A stretch of 64,000 bases of DNA from Cyclobacteriaceae bacterium (GTDB lineage Bacteria; Bacteroidota; Bacteroidia; Cytophagales; Cyclobacteriaceae). Position 1 is the first letter of the stretch. The number at the start of each line of letters is the position of its first letter. Both the position numbers and the translations under genes were made by a program. The DNA is taken from contig OZ245881.1 of the NCBI GenBank assembly GCA_965229505.1, forward strand, positions 4,050,675-4,114,674. Reading direction: 5' to 3'. The notes beneath the pieces are model-generated. The model saw only the letters and a list, made by a program, of their open reading frames with translations, had not been told where the DNA came from and did not search any database. Below, piece by piece: positions 44,089 to 53,723 of this stretch.

Positions 44089-46729
44089 ACATCGCGAGCC
44101 ACCGAAATGGGCTGATCGCTTATTAGAATTTTTTGTCAAGGGCGATCTTCTGGAAGAAATACAAGGTGATCTCTTTGAATACTACCAGCGACTCGGTGAT
44201 CTCCCCCAATGGAGATCCAAATGGATCTATACTTATCATGTCATTCATTTTTTGCGACCCTTCGCACTCAAGAAATTAAGTCAAAACTCAAATAATCTAA
44301 TCTTGTTAAAATTCAACCTGATGATTGCCTGGCGCAATCTGCTCAAGCAGAAGTTCTATTCTGCGATCAACATCATGGGTTTGGCTATTGGGCTGGCCAG
44401 TGCTATCTATATAGCCTTGTATGTCTACGATGAGCTCAGTTATGACGAACATTTCGAAAACTCTGAACGAATCGTGCGAGTGGCTTCTGAGCTAGCTCTG
44501 GGGGATAATTACTGGCATTTTGCAGTGAGTCCCGATCCTCTGGCGTCAGCGTTTAAGGCTGACTTTCCGGAGATTGAAAAAGCTGCCCGATTTCGCAATG
44601 AGGGTTCTATCCTTGTCAAAAAGAGTGATGAGGTAGTGAAGCTCTACGATATGAAATATGCTGATCAGGAAATCCTTGAGATATTCAAATACAATGTGGT
44701 CTATGGTCAGCTTGAGGGCGCATTGACCGATCAAACCTCTGCGGTGCTAAGCTTGAGTTCGGCCAGGAAGCTGTTTGGTGACCAAGATCCAATAGGTCAG
44801 TCATTTACAACAGTCGGAGAAAATACGTTCCAAGTGACAGCAGTTGTGGAGGATTTACCGCCTCAGACGCATTATCACTTTGATATATTGTTGTCCATGG
44901 AAGGAAATCCAGAGGCAAATAGAGGTGTCTGGCTATCCAACAACTTCCATACCTATATGCTGCTTAGAGAGGGAGTATCCAAGTCAGATCTTGAAGCCAA
45001 GTTCCCTGATGTCTATGAGAAATACTTCGGACCTCAGCTGCAAGCCTACGCCGGGATATCATATGAGCAGGCGATGAGTAGTGGAGGACTAATTCGCTAC
45101 CATCTGCAGCCCATTGAAGATATTCATCTCCACTCTCATCTTGATATTGAGCTTCAGGCTAATTCCAGAATCGAGTACGTTTATCTTTTTTCAGCGATTG
45201 GCATTTTCCTTATTCTGATCGCTTCCATCAACTTTATTAATATCTCCACGGCTAGAGCTTCTACCAGAGCGAAGGAGATAGGTGTAAAGAAAGTAATGGG
45301 CAGTTTTCGAAAAGACCTGATCATCCAGTTTTTAACTGAGTCGGTATTTCAATCAGTCATTGCAGCTACTATCGCCTTGATTCTGGTCTTTTTAAGCTTG
45401 CCTTTCTTTAATGCTTTTGTGGATAAGGGTTTTGTCAATCCGATATTTGAAGGAATCACGCTATGGTGGAAAGTACTTATTGCTGCCTTTGTTATCGGAA
45501 TATTGGCAGGCATATACCCTTCACTTTACCTCTCCGCATTCAGTCCGGTAGATAGTATGAAAGGCAATACCGGCAAGTCGGGTCGCAAGTCAATGTTCAG
45601 AAATATATTGGTGATTTTTCAGTTTGCAACCTCGCTCACACTCATAATTGGTACCATCACGGTCTACCATCAACTGGAACATATCAAAGAACAAGATCTG
45701 GGTTATGATCGTGATCGGGTACTTTTAATTGAGAACTCTCACAGCTTGGGTAGTTCGATCGTCAACTTCAAAGAGGAGTTGATGAGTATACCTGAGGCCA
45801 TATCAGTGTCCAATACTGGCTACATACCTTCCGGTTCATCTAGTTCAGATTCAGCGTTCGAACCGATTGGAGCGGGTAATGTTGATGATCCTGTTTCACT
45901 TCAAACGTGGAGTGTTGACCCTACCTACTTTAGCACATTTGGTATGGAATTACTCGAAGGCAGAACCTTTGAATCTGGGCGACCAGCGGATTCGAGTGCC
46001 ATGATATTAAATGAGACAGCAGCGCGGAGACTAGGCTTTGAAAATGCTGTTGGAAAACGTATTAAGGTATTTGGTGATTTTACAGTGGGAGGCAAGCGGG
46101 AGTTTACCGTTATAGGTGTAGTGAAAGACTTCAACTTCAAATCGCTACACCAGGATGTTGGAGCTATGGGGCTGTACATGGGGCCATTTGCTGGCTACTA
46201 TACGGCCATCAAAACTAACAGTGAAGACTACAAATCATTGATCGATAAGGTTGAATCCAAATGGGACATGTTCTCTCCTTCGATGGGGTTTAGCTTTCAG
46301 TTTATGGACACTATATTCGACGAGCAATACAAGGCTGAAGAACGACTGGGTGAGATTTTCCTTGTTTTCGCATCTCTGGCAATGTTTATAGGGTGCCTGG
46401 GGCTTTTTGGCTTGTCAGCCTATACCGCTGAGCAGCGAAGAAAGGAGATAGGAGTAAGAAAGGTACTTGGAGCCAGTACCTCTGGCCTCATTCTTCTTTT
46501 ACTTGGAGATTTCACTAAGCTTCTGATCATTGCTATTATTCTGGCCATTCCAGTATCGTGGTTTGCGATGAATAGTTGGCTGGAGGACTTTGCCTATCGT
46601 GTGAGTCTGGGCCCAGGCATTTTCTTATTAGGAAGCTTAGTAGCAATGATTGTTGCTTGGCTGACAGTGAGCTATCAATCGACCATTGCGGCAAGGGCCA
46701 ATCCATCTGAGAACCTAAAATACGAATAG
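44081..46729 (+). CDS. MacB/FtsX-like ABC transporter permease with an N-terminal prefix domain (paralogue of 2793-5387)
   Basis: PPKWADRLLEFFVKGDLLEEIQGDLFEYY prefix, duplicated FtsX bundles, C-terminal AARANPSENLKYE. Confidence 0.85.
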   Translation: MFEHREPPKWADRLLEFFVKGDLLEEIQGDLFEYYQRLGDLPQWRSKWIYTYHVIHFLRPFALKKLSQNSNNLILLKFNLMIAWRNLLKQKFYSAINIMGLAIGLASAIYIALYVYDELSYDEHFENSERIVRVASELALGDNYWHFAVSPDPLASAFKADFPEIEKAARFRNEGSILVKKSDEVVKLYDMKYADQEILEIFKYNVVYGQLEGALTDQTSAVLSLSSARKLFGDQDPIGQSFTTVGENTFQVTAVVEDLPPQTHYHFDILLSMEGNPEANRGVWLSNNFHTYMLLREGVSKSDLEAKFPDVYEKYFGPQLQAYAGISYEQAMSSGGLIRYHLQPIEDIHLHSHLDIELQANSRIEYVYLFSAIGIFLILIASINFINISTARASTRAKEIGVKKVMGSFRKDLIIQFLTESVFQSVIAATIALILVFLSLPFFNAFVDKGFVNPIFEGITLWWKVLIAAFVIGILAGIYPSLYLSAFSPVDSMKGNTGKSGRKSMFRNILVIFQFATSLTLIIGTITVYHQLEHIKEQDLGYDRDRVLLIENSHSLGSSIVNFKEELMSIPEAISVSNTGYIPSGSSSSDSAFEPIGAGNVDDPVSLQTWSVDPTYFSTFGMELLEGRTFESGRPADSSAMILNETAARRLGFENAVGKRIKVFGDFTVGGKREFTVIGVVKDFNFKSLHQDVGAMGLYMGPFAGYYTAIKTNSEDYKSLIDKVESKWDMFSPSMGFSFQFMDTIFDEQYKAEERLGEIFLVFASLAMFIGCLGLFGLSAYTAEQRRKEIGVRKVLGASTSGLILLLLGDFTKLLIIAIILAIPVSWFAMNSWLEDFAYRVSLGPGIFLLGSLVAMIVAWLTVSYQSTIAARANPSENLKYE

Positions 46730-46781
46730 AAGATCGTTAAGGGTATCTCACAGTTCCTGTGTTTGTTGTTAAATTGCAGAT

Positions 46782-47438
46782 GTGAGATATCTCTTTCTTT
46801 TTCTTCTGGTTTTATTAGGCTATTGGTCGTTAGCCCAAGTTGAGGTAGAGGAGGAAAATCACGAAATAGATACCGCTAGTTATATTTGGGTTAAACAATC
46901 CCGTATCAATCCTTATGTGACAGCAGAGCTGGAGAGTGCGTCGCTGCTTGACAAAAGTGTATCTAACATAGCGCTGAGCTGGGGGGTACTCGTCAACGAC
47001 AGACTATCTTTTGGGACGTTCATTTCCGTGATGAACGATGAGGTCTATTTCCCTCTCATTTTCCCCAATGGTTTTGATCTTGAGATGGTGCATGGAGGTA
47101 TTCATGCGGGCTATATGTGGCCAATATCTAAGTCATTTTCTGCTGGGGCTGATGGCCGACTTGGTTTTGGTGAGATGGAAGTGGGCTATGCAGAAACTGG
47201 ATTTGACGTGTTTAGTACGAGATTTACATCAGTCAACCCTTCCTTGACGATCGATTACCAATTCTTAAGATATGCAAAGTTGACTGCCGCGTTTGGCTAT
47301 AGATTCATTAGTGGCTATGACTTCAATACAGACGAGTTTACTGATTTTGACGGTAGCACGTTTAGAATCGGATTAAAGGTTGGACTATTCAAGAGGCTGA
47401 GGTGGCCCAGAGAGGAGGAGCTATGTGATGAAGAGTAA
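46782..47438 (+). CDS. Hypothetical secreted protein (possible small beta-barrel), GTG start
   Basis: Signal MRYLFLFLLVLLGYWSLAQ. Alternating-hydrophobicity segments and an aromatic-rich C-terminal region. Confidence 0.5.
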   Translation: MRYLFLFLLVLLGYWSLAQVEVEEENHEIDTASYIWVKQSRINPYVTAELESASLLDKSVSNIALSWGVLVNDRLSFGTFISVMNDEVYFPLIFPNGFDLEMVHGGIHAGYMWPISKSFSAGADGRLGFGEMEVGYAETGFDVFSTRFTSVNPSLTIDYQFLRYAKLTAAFGYRFISGYDFNTDEFTDFDGSTFRIGLKVGLFKRLRWPREEELCDEE

Positions 47439-48513
47439 AATAATAGTTTTCAGCCTATTGTTACTGTCATCTTGCTATTTCAATGAAGAAGTCATCCCAG
47501 ATACTTCACCATGGAAGTACGGATCCCCGTCATCAGTGGGACTAAATGAGAACACGCTTTTTGATTTGGATAATAACCTTCGTCAAGGTGGGTTTGATCA
47601 GATTCGAGGGGTGGTAGCTATCAAAGATGACAAGCTCATTTTTGAAAACTACTATGATGGTGTGGATAGAGAGACACAGCAGTTCTTGAGTGGAGCGACA
47701 GTTAGCGTGATGTCGATACTTACAGGAATAGCCCTTGATAGAGGCCTGCTCGATAGTATTCAAACTCCCATTAGTGTGTTTTTTCCTGACTATCCTGCCC
47801 CCTTCAACTTTGAGCCGCTCAAAGGTGAGATTACTGTGGAGCATTTGTTGTTGATGAAGTCCGGCTTAGCCTGGTACGAGACCGGCGTACCTGCCCTCAA
47901 CCCCAACAACTCATTGAATGGACTAACTGCTTCCAGTGATTGGATTGAATATGCATTAACGCGCGATCTCGATGCAGTGCCGGGTTTGAGGTACTCTTAC
48001 AATTCTACGCATGGCACGCTGCTGGCGAAGATCCTTGAGCGTGCTTCCGGACAGCCTTTTGTTGAGTTCGCTAATGATGTGCTTTTTGATCCAATGAATA
48101 TTGCCTCGGCGAGTTGGCAGTCTGATGCCTTTGGTAATATCAATGGTGGGTTTGGGCTATCACTGAACCTCATAGACTTTGCCAAGCTTGGAGACCTCTA
48201 TCTCAACTATGGTATTTGGAAAGGACAGAGGCTTGTCTCCGAGGAGTGGGTTAAGACTAGTACGTCAGAGCAGTTTCAAATAGACCGGTTTAGCAATTAT
48301 GCTTACAGCTGGCAACTTTTCTCAGAGTTGAGTAGCTTCTCAGGCATCTTAGCAGAAAATGACACCTACTTCGCCGAAGGAGCAGGTGGGCAATACCTCT
48401 TTGTCGTACCCCACCAAAACTTCGTTTTGGCTGTGACAGCAGACAATTTTTATGAGAATGGATTTACACCATTGATCATATTCAGAGACTTTTTCGCGGA
48501 AGCGTTCCAATAA
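47428..48513 (+). CDS. Beta-lactamase-fold serine hydrolase family lipoprotein, with apparently degenerate catalytic motifs
   Basis: Lipobox LLLLSSC. Family-typical ITVEHLLLMKSGL, YSYNSTHGTLLAKILERASGQPF. The expected SxxK reads SVMS/TVSV (see finding). Confidence 0.7.
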   Translation: MKSKIIVFSLLLLSSCYFNEEVIPDTSPWKYGSPSSVGLNENTLFDLDNNLRQGGFDQIRGVVAIKDDKLIFENYYDGVDRETQQFLSGATVSVMSILTGIALDRGLLDSIQTPISVFFPDYPAPFNFEPLKGEITVEHLLLMKSGLAWYETGVPALNPNNSLNGLTASSDWIEYALTRDLDAVPGLRYSYNSTHGTLLAKILERASGQPFVEFANDVLFDPMNIASASWQSDAFGNINGGFGLSLNLIDFAKLGDLYLNYGIWKGQRLVSEEWVKTSTSEQFQIDRFSNYAYSWQLFSELSSFSGILAENDTYFAEGAGGQYLFVVPHQNFVLAVTADNFYENGFTPLIIFRDFFAEAFQ

Positions 48514-48563
48514 AGGTTGTTCCTCCATCCGTGATTATCGGACATCCTTTAGCTTTACCATAG

Positions 48564-49175
48564 ATGGCCAGGGAACTAGCAAATTTGTCGGATCAGCAAC
48601 TACTTGAGCAACTTGCTGCAGGTGATCAGGCCGTCCTTAAATATTATTTTGATGCACATTACAAAGCACTTTGTCGGCATGGCCTGAAGTACGTGCGCAT
48701 TGCTGAAGTCAGCGAGGAGATAGTACAAGAGATATTTGTCAACTTCTGGGAGCGTCGAGCCGCGCTTAAAATTAGCGGTAGCGTAAGCGCATATCTATAT
48801 AGCGCGGTACGCTATAGATGTATCAACTACATCAGAAATCAGCTTCCAAAAGAGCAGGCAATGACTGAGTCCGTCGATGTGGCGGCTGAGACTGATCTGG
48901 AGTTTGACGCTGACTTAGCGGATCAGGATCTCAAGGCTCGGCTGCAGCAGGCCATAGCTGACCTACCGGAAAAATGCCGCCTCATATTTCTACTGGCAAA
49001 GGAGGAGGGGTTGACCTACCGGGAAATTGCAGAAGAGATGGCCGTCTCAGAAAAGACCGTTGAGAATCAAATGGGGATTGCTCTAAAAAAATTAAGATCA
49101 ACACTCAAAACCGGTAGCATTAAGGATAGAAGCATAAGCGCAATATTGATTTTATTTAAGTTTTTTTGGATGTAG
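48564..49175 (+). CDS. ECF-type RNA polymerase sigma-70 factor (Bacteroidetes expansion type)
   Basis: Region 2 EEIVQEIFVNFWERR. Region 4 LPEKCRLIFLLAKEEGLTYREIAEEMAVSEKTVENQ. Confidence 0.85.
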   Translation: MARELANLSDQQLLEQLAAGDQAVLKYYFDAHYKALCRHGLKYVRIAEVSEEIVQEIFVNFWERRAALKISGSVSAYLYSAVRYRCINYIRNQLPKEQAMTESVDVAAETDLEFDADLADQDLKARLQQAIADLPEKCRLIFLLAKEEGLTYREIAEEMAVSEKTVENQMGIALKKLRSTLKTGSIKDRSISAILILFKFFWM

Positions 49176-49213
49176 TTTGGGGGTATGACTGATAAGTCTT
49201 GACAAATAGATAC

Positions 49214-50197
49214 ATGAACATTAATCAGGAAACTATTGTAAAGTGCTTGCAGAAGAAGGCGAGTATTGACGAGCAGGAAAAGCTTGAGCAATGGTTGAAT
49301 GAAAAGCCATCAAACCAGTCTTATTTCAATCAAATTGAGTCTGTTTGGAATGCTGCCGATTGTATTCCCTCGGAAGCAAATTTCGATAGCAATAGAGGGT
49401 GGGATTGTATCTATTCCAAAATCTCTACTTCCCAGGATGATACTGTTGTTCCTATGTGGAGTAGGTCCTGGATTAGAGTGGCAGCTTCAGTGGTACTTGT
49501 GATAGGAGTTGGCTTGGGAGTCTATTTTCAGTTAGTTATCCCTCCAGCTGAGGAGATGGCAATGATTGAAAGATCCAGCGCTGGTGTTGTCGAGGCAGTA
49601 CGGTTGCCAGATGGTTCACTGGTTACTCTCATGCCATTTAGTAGTGTCAGCTATTCGGCTGACTTTGGAGGTGAGCGGGAAGTGATACTTAATGGTGGAG
49701 CTTTCTTTGAAGTTCAAAATACAGACGACAGACCTTTTGAGGTAATTACCGGGCAATTGGAAGTGACTGTACTGGGGACAGAGTTCCTCGTTAAAGAATC
49801 GAAACACCGAACGGAAGTGTTTGTAGAAAAGGGTAGCGTTTCAGTTAACTCAATAACTACCACCAATGGTGAAGTATTGACAGCAGACCAAGGTGTTTAT
49901 CTGGACAATTCGACAGGCGTTATCAAACCTTTTGCCCCTTCTGATAATATATTGTCATGGAAGTCAGGTGTGCTTGAATTCAACAATGTCCAATTGACCA
50001 AGGTGCTTGAAGATATCGGTAAGCATTACAATGTCTCTATAAAACTAAAGAATAACAATATTGGCAAATGCCACCTTACCTCCAGGTTTGACAATAAGAG
50101 TATAGACGAAGTGTTACAAGTACTGGAGGTTGTTTTAGATATTGACATCAACTCAAGTAATCCAAATGAGTATTTAATATCCGGCAAAGGGTGCTGA
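49214..50197 (+). CDS. FecR family anti-sigma factor
   Basis: N-terminal anti-sigma segment, a single TM (WIRVAASVVLVIGVGLGVYF), a FecR domain (LPDGSLVTL...SSVSY...REVILNGGAFFEV) and a C-terminal DUF4974-like segment. Confidence 0.85.
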   Translation: MNINQETIVKCLQKKASIDEQEKLEQWLNEKPSNQSYFNQIESVWNAADCIPSEANFDSNRGWDCIYSKISTSQDDTVVPMWSRSWIRVAASVVLVIGVGLGVYFQLVIPPAEEMAMIERSSAGVVEAVRLPDGSLVTLMPFSSVSYSADFGGEREVILNGGAFFEVQNTDDRPFEVITGQLEVTVLGTEFLVKESKHRTEVFVEKGSVSVNSITTTNGEVLTADQGVYLDNSTGVIKPFAPSDNILSWKSGVLEFNNVQLTKVLEDIGKHYNVSIKLKNNNIGKCHLTSRFDNKSIDEVLQVLEVVLDIDINSSNPNEYLISGKGC

Positions 50198-50214
50198 AAT
50201 TGACATAACTTTGG

Positions 50215-50243
50215 AAAAAAGCGATCTTTTAGATCGCTTTTTT
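50215..50243 (+). terminator. Hairpin with flanking A/T runs between fecR and the TonB-dependent receptor gene
   Basis: AAAAAA GCGATC (50221-50226) TTTTA GATCGC (50232-50237) TTTTTT. It ends 14 nt before the receptor ATG (50257). Confidence 0.6.
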
Positions 50244-50256
50244 CGTTTTGGAGTTA

Positions 50257-52875
50257 ATGGTTTTTTCAGTGCCGCCAATCACCGCACTCAGGTTCGTCGT
50301 TTTATTCCTACTTCTCTCCTTTGGGACAACAGCACTGCTGGCTCAAAAATCTTCTGTTTCCATAAAATCCCAGGAATACTCTGTAGCTGAACTCATTGTT
50401 GAATTGGAGCGTCAAGGTTACAGTTTTTCCTATGCCAACGAGTTTTTGGAAATGAATAGGGTGCTCAGTGTTAGCGGAAATGACATCACTTATTTGATTG
50501 AGTTGATATGTGGAAATGAATTAGATTATAAGCTTACAGGTAAAGATGTACTGCTCTTCAAAGCTCCCAGGAAGAAGTATACGATCAGTGGGTTTATTCG
50601 GGATCGATCGGATGGTGAAGCCTTATTGGGTACTACGATCAGAGTGCTGGGTTCTGCTGAAGGAGTCGCGACCAACGACTATGGTTACTATGCATTATCC
50701 CTATTCCCTGGCGAGTACAAACTAGCGATAGAATATGTAGGCTATGAACCCCTGATGCTAGATGTTAACCTCAAGACAGACACACGAATAGAGGTCAAAC
50801 TTGTACCTGTTAATCTAAAATTGGATGAGGTGATAGTGACTGCCTATGAGCCGGATCACGAGATCACCGGCATTCGCACTAGCGTGAATAAAATAGACAT
50901 GCAGCTAGTAGGTGACATTCCCTATTTGCTTGGTGAGGTAGATATCTACCAAAGCGCATTATTACTTCCTGGTATAAGGAATATCGGAGAGGATGCCTCG
51001 GGTCTCAATATCCGCGGAGGTGCCGTTGATGAGAATCTGATACTGATAGATGAGGCAGCTATCTACAGTAGCAACCACTTCTATGGTTTGATTTCAGTCT
51101 TTAACCCGGATGCCATTAAGGATGTCACCTTCTTCAAAGGAGATGTACCCAGTACCTATGGAGGTAGAGTTTCTTCAGCCATTCATGTTAGACAAAAAGA
51201 AGGTAACGATCAGGAAATGCAGCTATCTGGTGGCCTGGGCCTGGTCAGTGGGCGCATAATGCTCGAGGGACCGCTTAAGAAAGACGAAAGTAGCTTTTTG
51301 ATCTCGGCGCGATCCAGCTTTTTTGACTATGTCTCGGCGATTTCGGGACTGGATGATAGCCGCACCAATTTTCAAGATTACAATGCCAAGGTCAACTGGC
51401 GTCCTAATGATAAGAACCACTTTTATCTCTCCGGCTATATTGGAAATGATAACAATAATGATGGTCTACTGATCAACAGGCAGTGGGGTAACCGTACCGC
51501 GACTGGTCGGTGGAATCACGTATTCTCCAATCGACTTTTTAGCAACTTCACATTGAGCTACAGTGACTATAAGTATGAGGTGTCCAATCCTGAGGAGTCA
51601 GGGCAGTTTGTTGGATCTTCTAATGTTAGAAACTACACCTCCAAGACTGATTTTACATGGTTTGTTTCACCAAGGTCTACCTTGGAGTTTGGCAGTGGAG
51701 CCATCTTTCACCGACTCAATCCCGGTGACCGCTTACCGCTGAATGATGATGGATTTAATAACCCAATCTCTATTGATTCTGAGCATGGGCTTGAGCCGTA
51801 TATCTACGCCAACTTCCAACAGAACCTAGGTGAACGTTGGGTGATGTACTACGGTCTGCGCTATTCCTCTTTTTACAATTTCGGCCCTGAAGATGTTTAT
51901 ACCTACCTGCCCAATCAGCCGAGAGAGCGAGGCAATATTATCGATACTACTACCTACGCTAGCGGGGAGTTGATCAAGGCTTTTCAAAACCTTGAACCTC
52001 GAGTTTCTATCAATTACAATTTCGGATCTGGCAATACCATCAAGGCGAGTTATAACCGGGCTAATCAATATATCCACCTGATTTCTAATACCATTACTCC
52101 TTCTCCGACTGATATCTGGAAGCTGAGCGATACGCATATCGACCCTTCGTACTCTGATCAATATACGCTCGGATATTACAAACTTCTACCGGCCCTGAAT
52201 CTTGACTTTTTTGCAGAAGCCTATTACAAAACCACCAATAACATCATCGAGTATAAAGAAGGTGCCGATTTGGTGTTGAACGAGACCATAGAAACAGAGG
52301 TGATACAAGGGAATGCCAGGGCGTATGGCCTGGAGCTATATTTAAGAAAAAAAGTAGGAAGATTCAGAGGTTGGCTGAGTTATACTTTGTCCAAGTCGGA
52401 ACGGAGGATAGATGGAGTGGATGTGTCGGAGAAGATTAACAATGGTGAATATTACCCCTCTGATTTTGACCGTACCCATGATTTTTCCCTATCGGGAATC
52501 TACTCCATTAATGATCGGTGGACGCTATCTTCTAATTTTGTCTATGCTACCGGAAGGCCCATTACCTTCCCGGAAGGCAAGTATGTTTATGATAATATAG
52601 TCCTGCCCAGCTTTAATCAACGTAATCAGCAAAGACTTACGGACTATCATCGACTGGATATCTCTGCCAGACTAGAAGGGAAGAAGATAAAGTCCAATGG
52701 TAAGCCAAAGAAAAAGGTTGACTATTGGACCTTCTCGATCTACAACGTTTACGGTAGACGCAACGCTTATTCTTACCTCTTCCGTCAGGAGGAGGGCTCA
52801 GACCAAGCGGAGGTAGTTAGATACTCCATCTTGGGCACCCTCATCCCATCTGTGACCTACAATTTCAGATTTTAA
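50257..52875 (+). CDS. TonB-dependent receptor, transducer type (N-terminal STN-like signalling domain plus carboxypeptidase-regulatory-like domain)
   Basis: STN-like YSVAELIVELERQGYSFSY. CarboxypepD_reg-like YTISGFIRDRSDGEALLGTTIRV...GEYKLAIEYVGYEP. Plug motifs, and a terminal aromatic (YNFRF). Confidence 0.85.
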   Translation: MVFSVPPITALRFVVLFLLLSFGTTALLAQKSSVSIKSQEYSVAELIVELERQGYSFSYANEFLEMNRVLSVSGNDITYLIELICGNELDYKLTGKDVLLFKAPRKKYTISGFIRDRSDGEALLGTTIRVLGSAEGVATNDYGYYALSLFPGEYKLAIEYVGYEPLMLDVNLKTDTRIEVKLVPVNLKLDEVIVTAYEPDHEITGIRTSVNKIDMQLVGDIPYLLGEVDIYQSALLLPGIRNIGEDASGLNIRGGAVDENLILIDEAAIYSSNHFYGLISVFNPDAIKDVTFFKGDVPSTYGGRVSSAIHVRQKEGNDQEMQLSGGLGLVSGRIMLEGPLKKDESSFLISARSSFFDYVSAISGLDDSRTNFQDYNAKVNWRPNDKNHFYLSGYIGNDNNNDGLLINRQWGNRTATGRWNHVFSNRLFSNFTLSYSDYKYEVSNPEESGQFVGSSNVRNYTSKTDFTWFVSPRSTLEFGSGAIFHRLNPGDRLPLNDDGFNNPISIDSEHGLEPYIYANFQQNLGERWVMYYGLRYSSFYNFGPEDVYTYLPNQPRERGNIIDTTTYASGELIKAFQNLEPRVSINYNFGSGNTIKASYNRANQYIHLISNTITPSPTDIWKLSDTHIDPSYSDQYTLGYYKLLPALNLDFFAEAYYKTTNNIIEYKEGADLVLNETIETEVIQGNARAYGLELYLRKKVGRFRGWLSYTLSKSERRIDGVDVSEKINNGEYYPSDFDRTHDFSLSGIYSINDRWTLSSNFVYATGRPITFPEGKYVYDNIVLPSFNQRNQQRLTDYHRLDISARLEGKKIKSNGKPKKKVDYWTFSIYNVYGRRNAYSYLFRQEEGSDQAEVVRYSILGTLIPSVTYNFRF

Positions 52876-53723
52876 TGAGGAGGTTGACTGTCATATCGCT
52901 TATTACGTTAGTCCTGACCGTCTCATGTGAAGATCCTATCGAGATTGATATCCCAGATGGACCGGAGCGATTGGTGGTTGAGGGTTGGATCACAGATCAG
53001 CCCGGACCATATGAGATCAAGCTATCGGTCACCAACAACTTCAATGACAGTGCTCCCAATCCCAAAGTAGAGAACGCATTAGTGAGCGTAATGGACAACC
53101 TTGGCGGTGTTTTTGAATTTGTGGAGATATCGAGCGGTACCTACGTGTCTTCTTCTGAATGGAAAGGGCAGGTCGATGTGCAGTATACCTGCATGATCAT
53201 CCTCCCGGACGGTACTGAGATTATTTCCACGCCAGAGCCACTCAATGCTGTACCGGAGATTGATAGTCTATTTTACAAAGAAGTGTTCCCAGCCAATATC
53301 GTTGATGGGATTATACAAGAAGAGTTCTTCCTGGGAAGTACGATTCAGGATCCTGCCAATATGGACAATTTCTATCGCTGGCGAATTACTCAAAACGGGA
53401 ATCCTTTGATAGATGTAGAGTCAATTATCATCTTTTCCGATCGATTTGTGGATGGAAACGACTTTCAGTTGGAGGTACCCCAATTACTATTTGGACGCCT
53501 GGATACAATCATTGTGCGTCAGGAGTCAATATCGGAGAAGGCTTTTGACTACTATGACCTCCTCATAGCGCAGGCCACCACACTCGGACAATCCTCAGGA
53601 ACTGCTCCTGCGGTCCTACGAGGTAATATGGTAAACCGGAGTAACCCTGAGGAAATAGTGCTGGGCTATTTTGGTGCTGCAGCTATTACCGCTGATACGA
53701 TTATCATAGCTCCAGACAATTAG
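52875..53723 (+). CDS. DUF4249-like lipoprotein (the usual partner of this receptor type)
   Basis: Lipobox LTVSC. The ATG overlaps the receptor stop (TAATG). LVVEGWITDQPGPYEIKLS pattern. Confidence 0.7.
   Translation: MRRLTVISLITLVLTVSCEDPIEIDIPDGPERLVVEGWITDQPGPYEIKLSVTNNFNDSAPNPKVENALVSVMDNLGGVFEFVEISSGTYVSSSEWKGQVDVQYTCMIILPDGTEIISTPEPLNAVPEIDSLFYKEVFPANIVDGIIQEEFFLGSTIQDPANMDNFYRWRITQNGNPLIDVESIIIFSDRFVDGNDFQLEVPQLLFGRLDTIIVRQESISEKAFDYYDLLIAQATTLGQSSGTAPAVLRGNMVNRSNPEEIVLGYFGAAAITADTIIIAPDN

Noticed and set aside
46744-46789. 9-bp inverted repeat TATCTCACA / TGTGAGATA whose right arm covers the GTG start at 46782.
   Set aside because: The stem is short and the loop is 28 nt, so stability is marginal. 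It is probably fortuitous.
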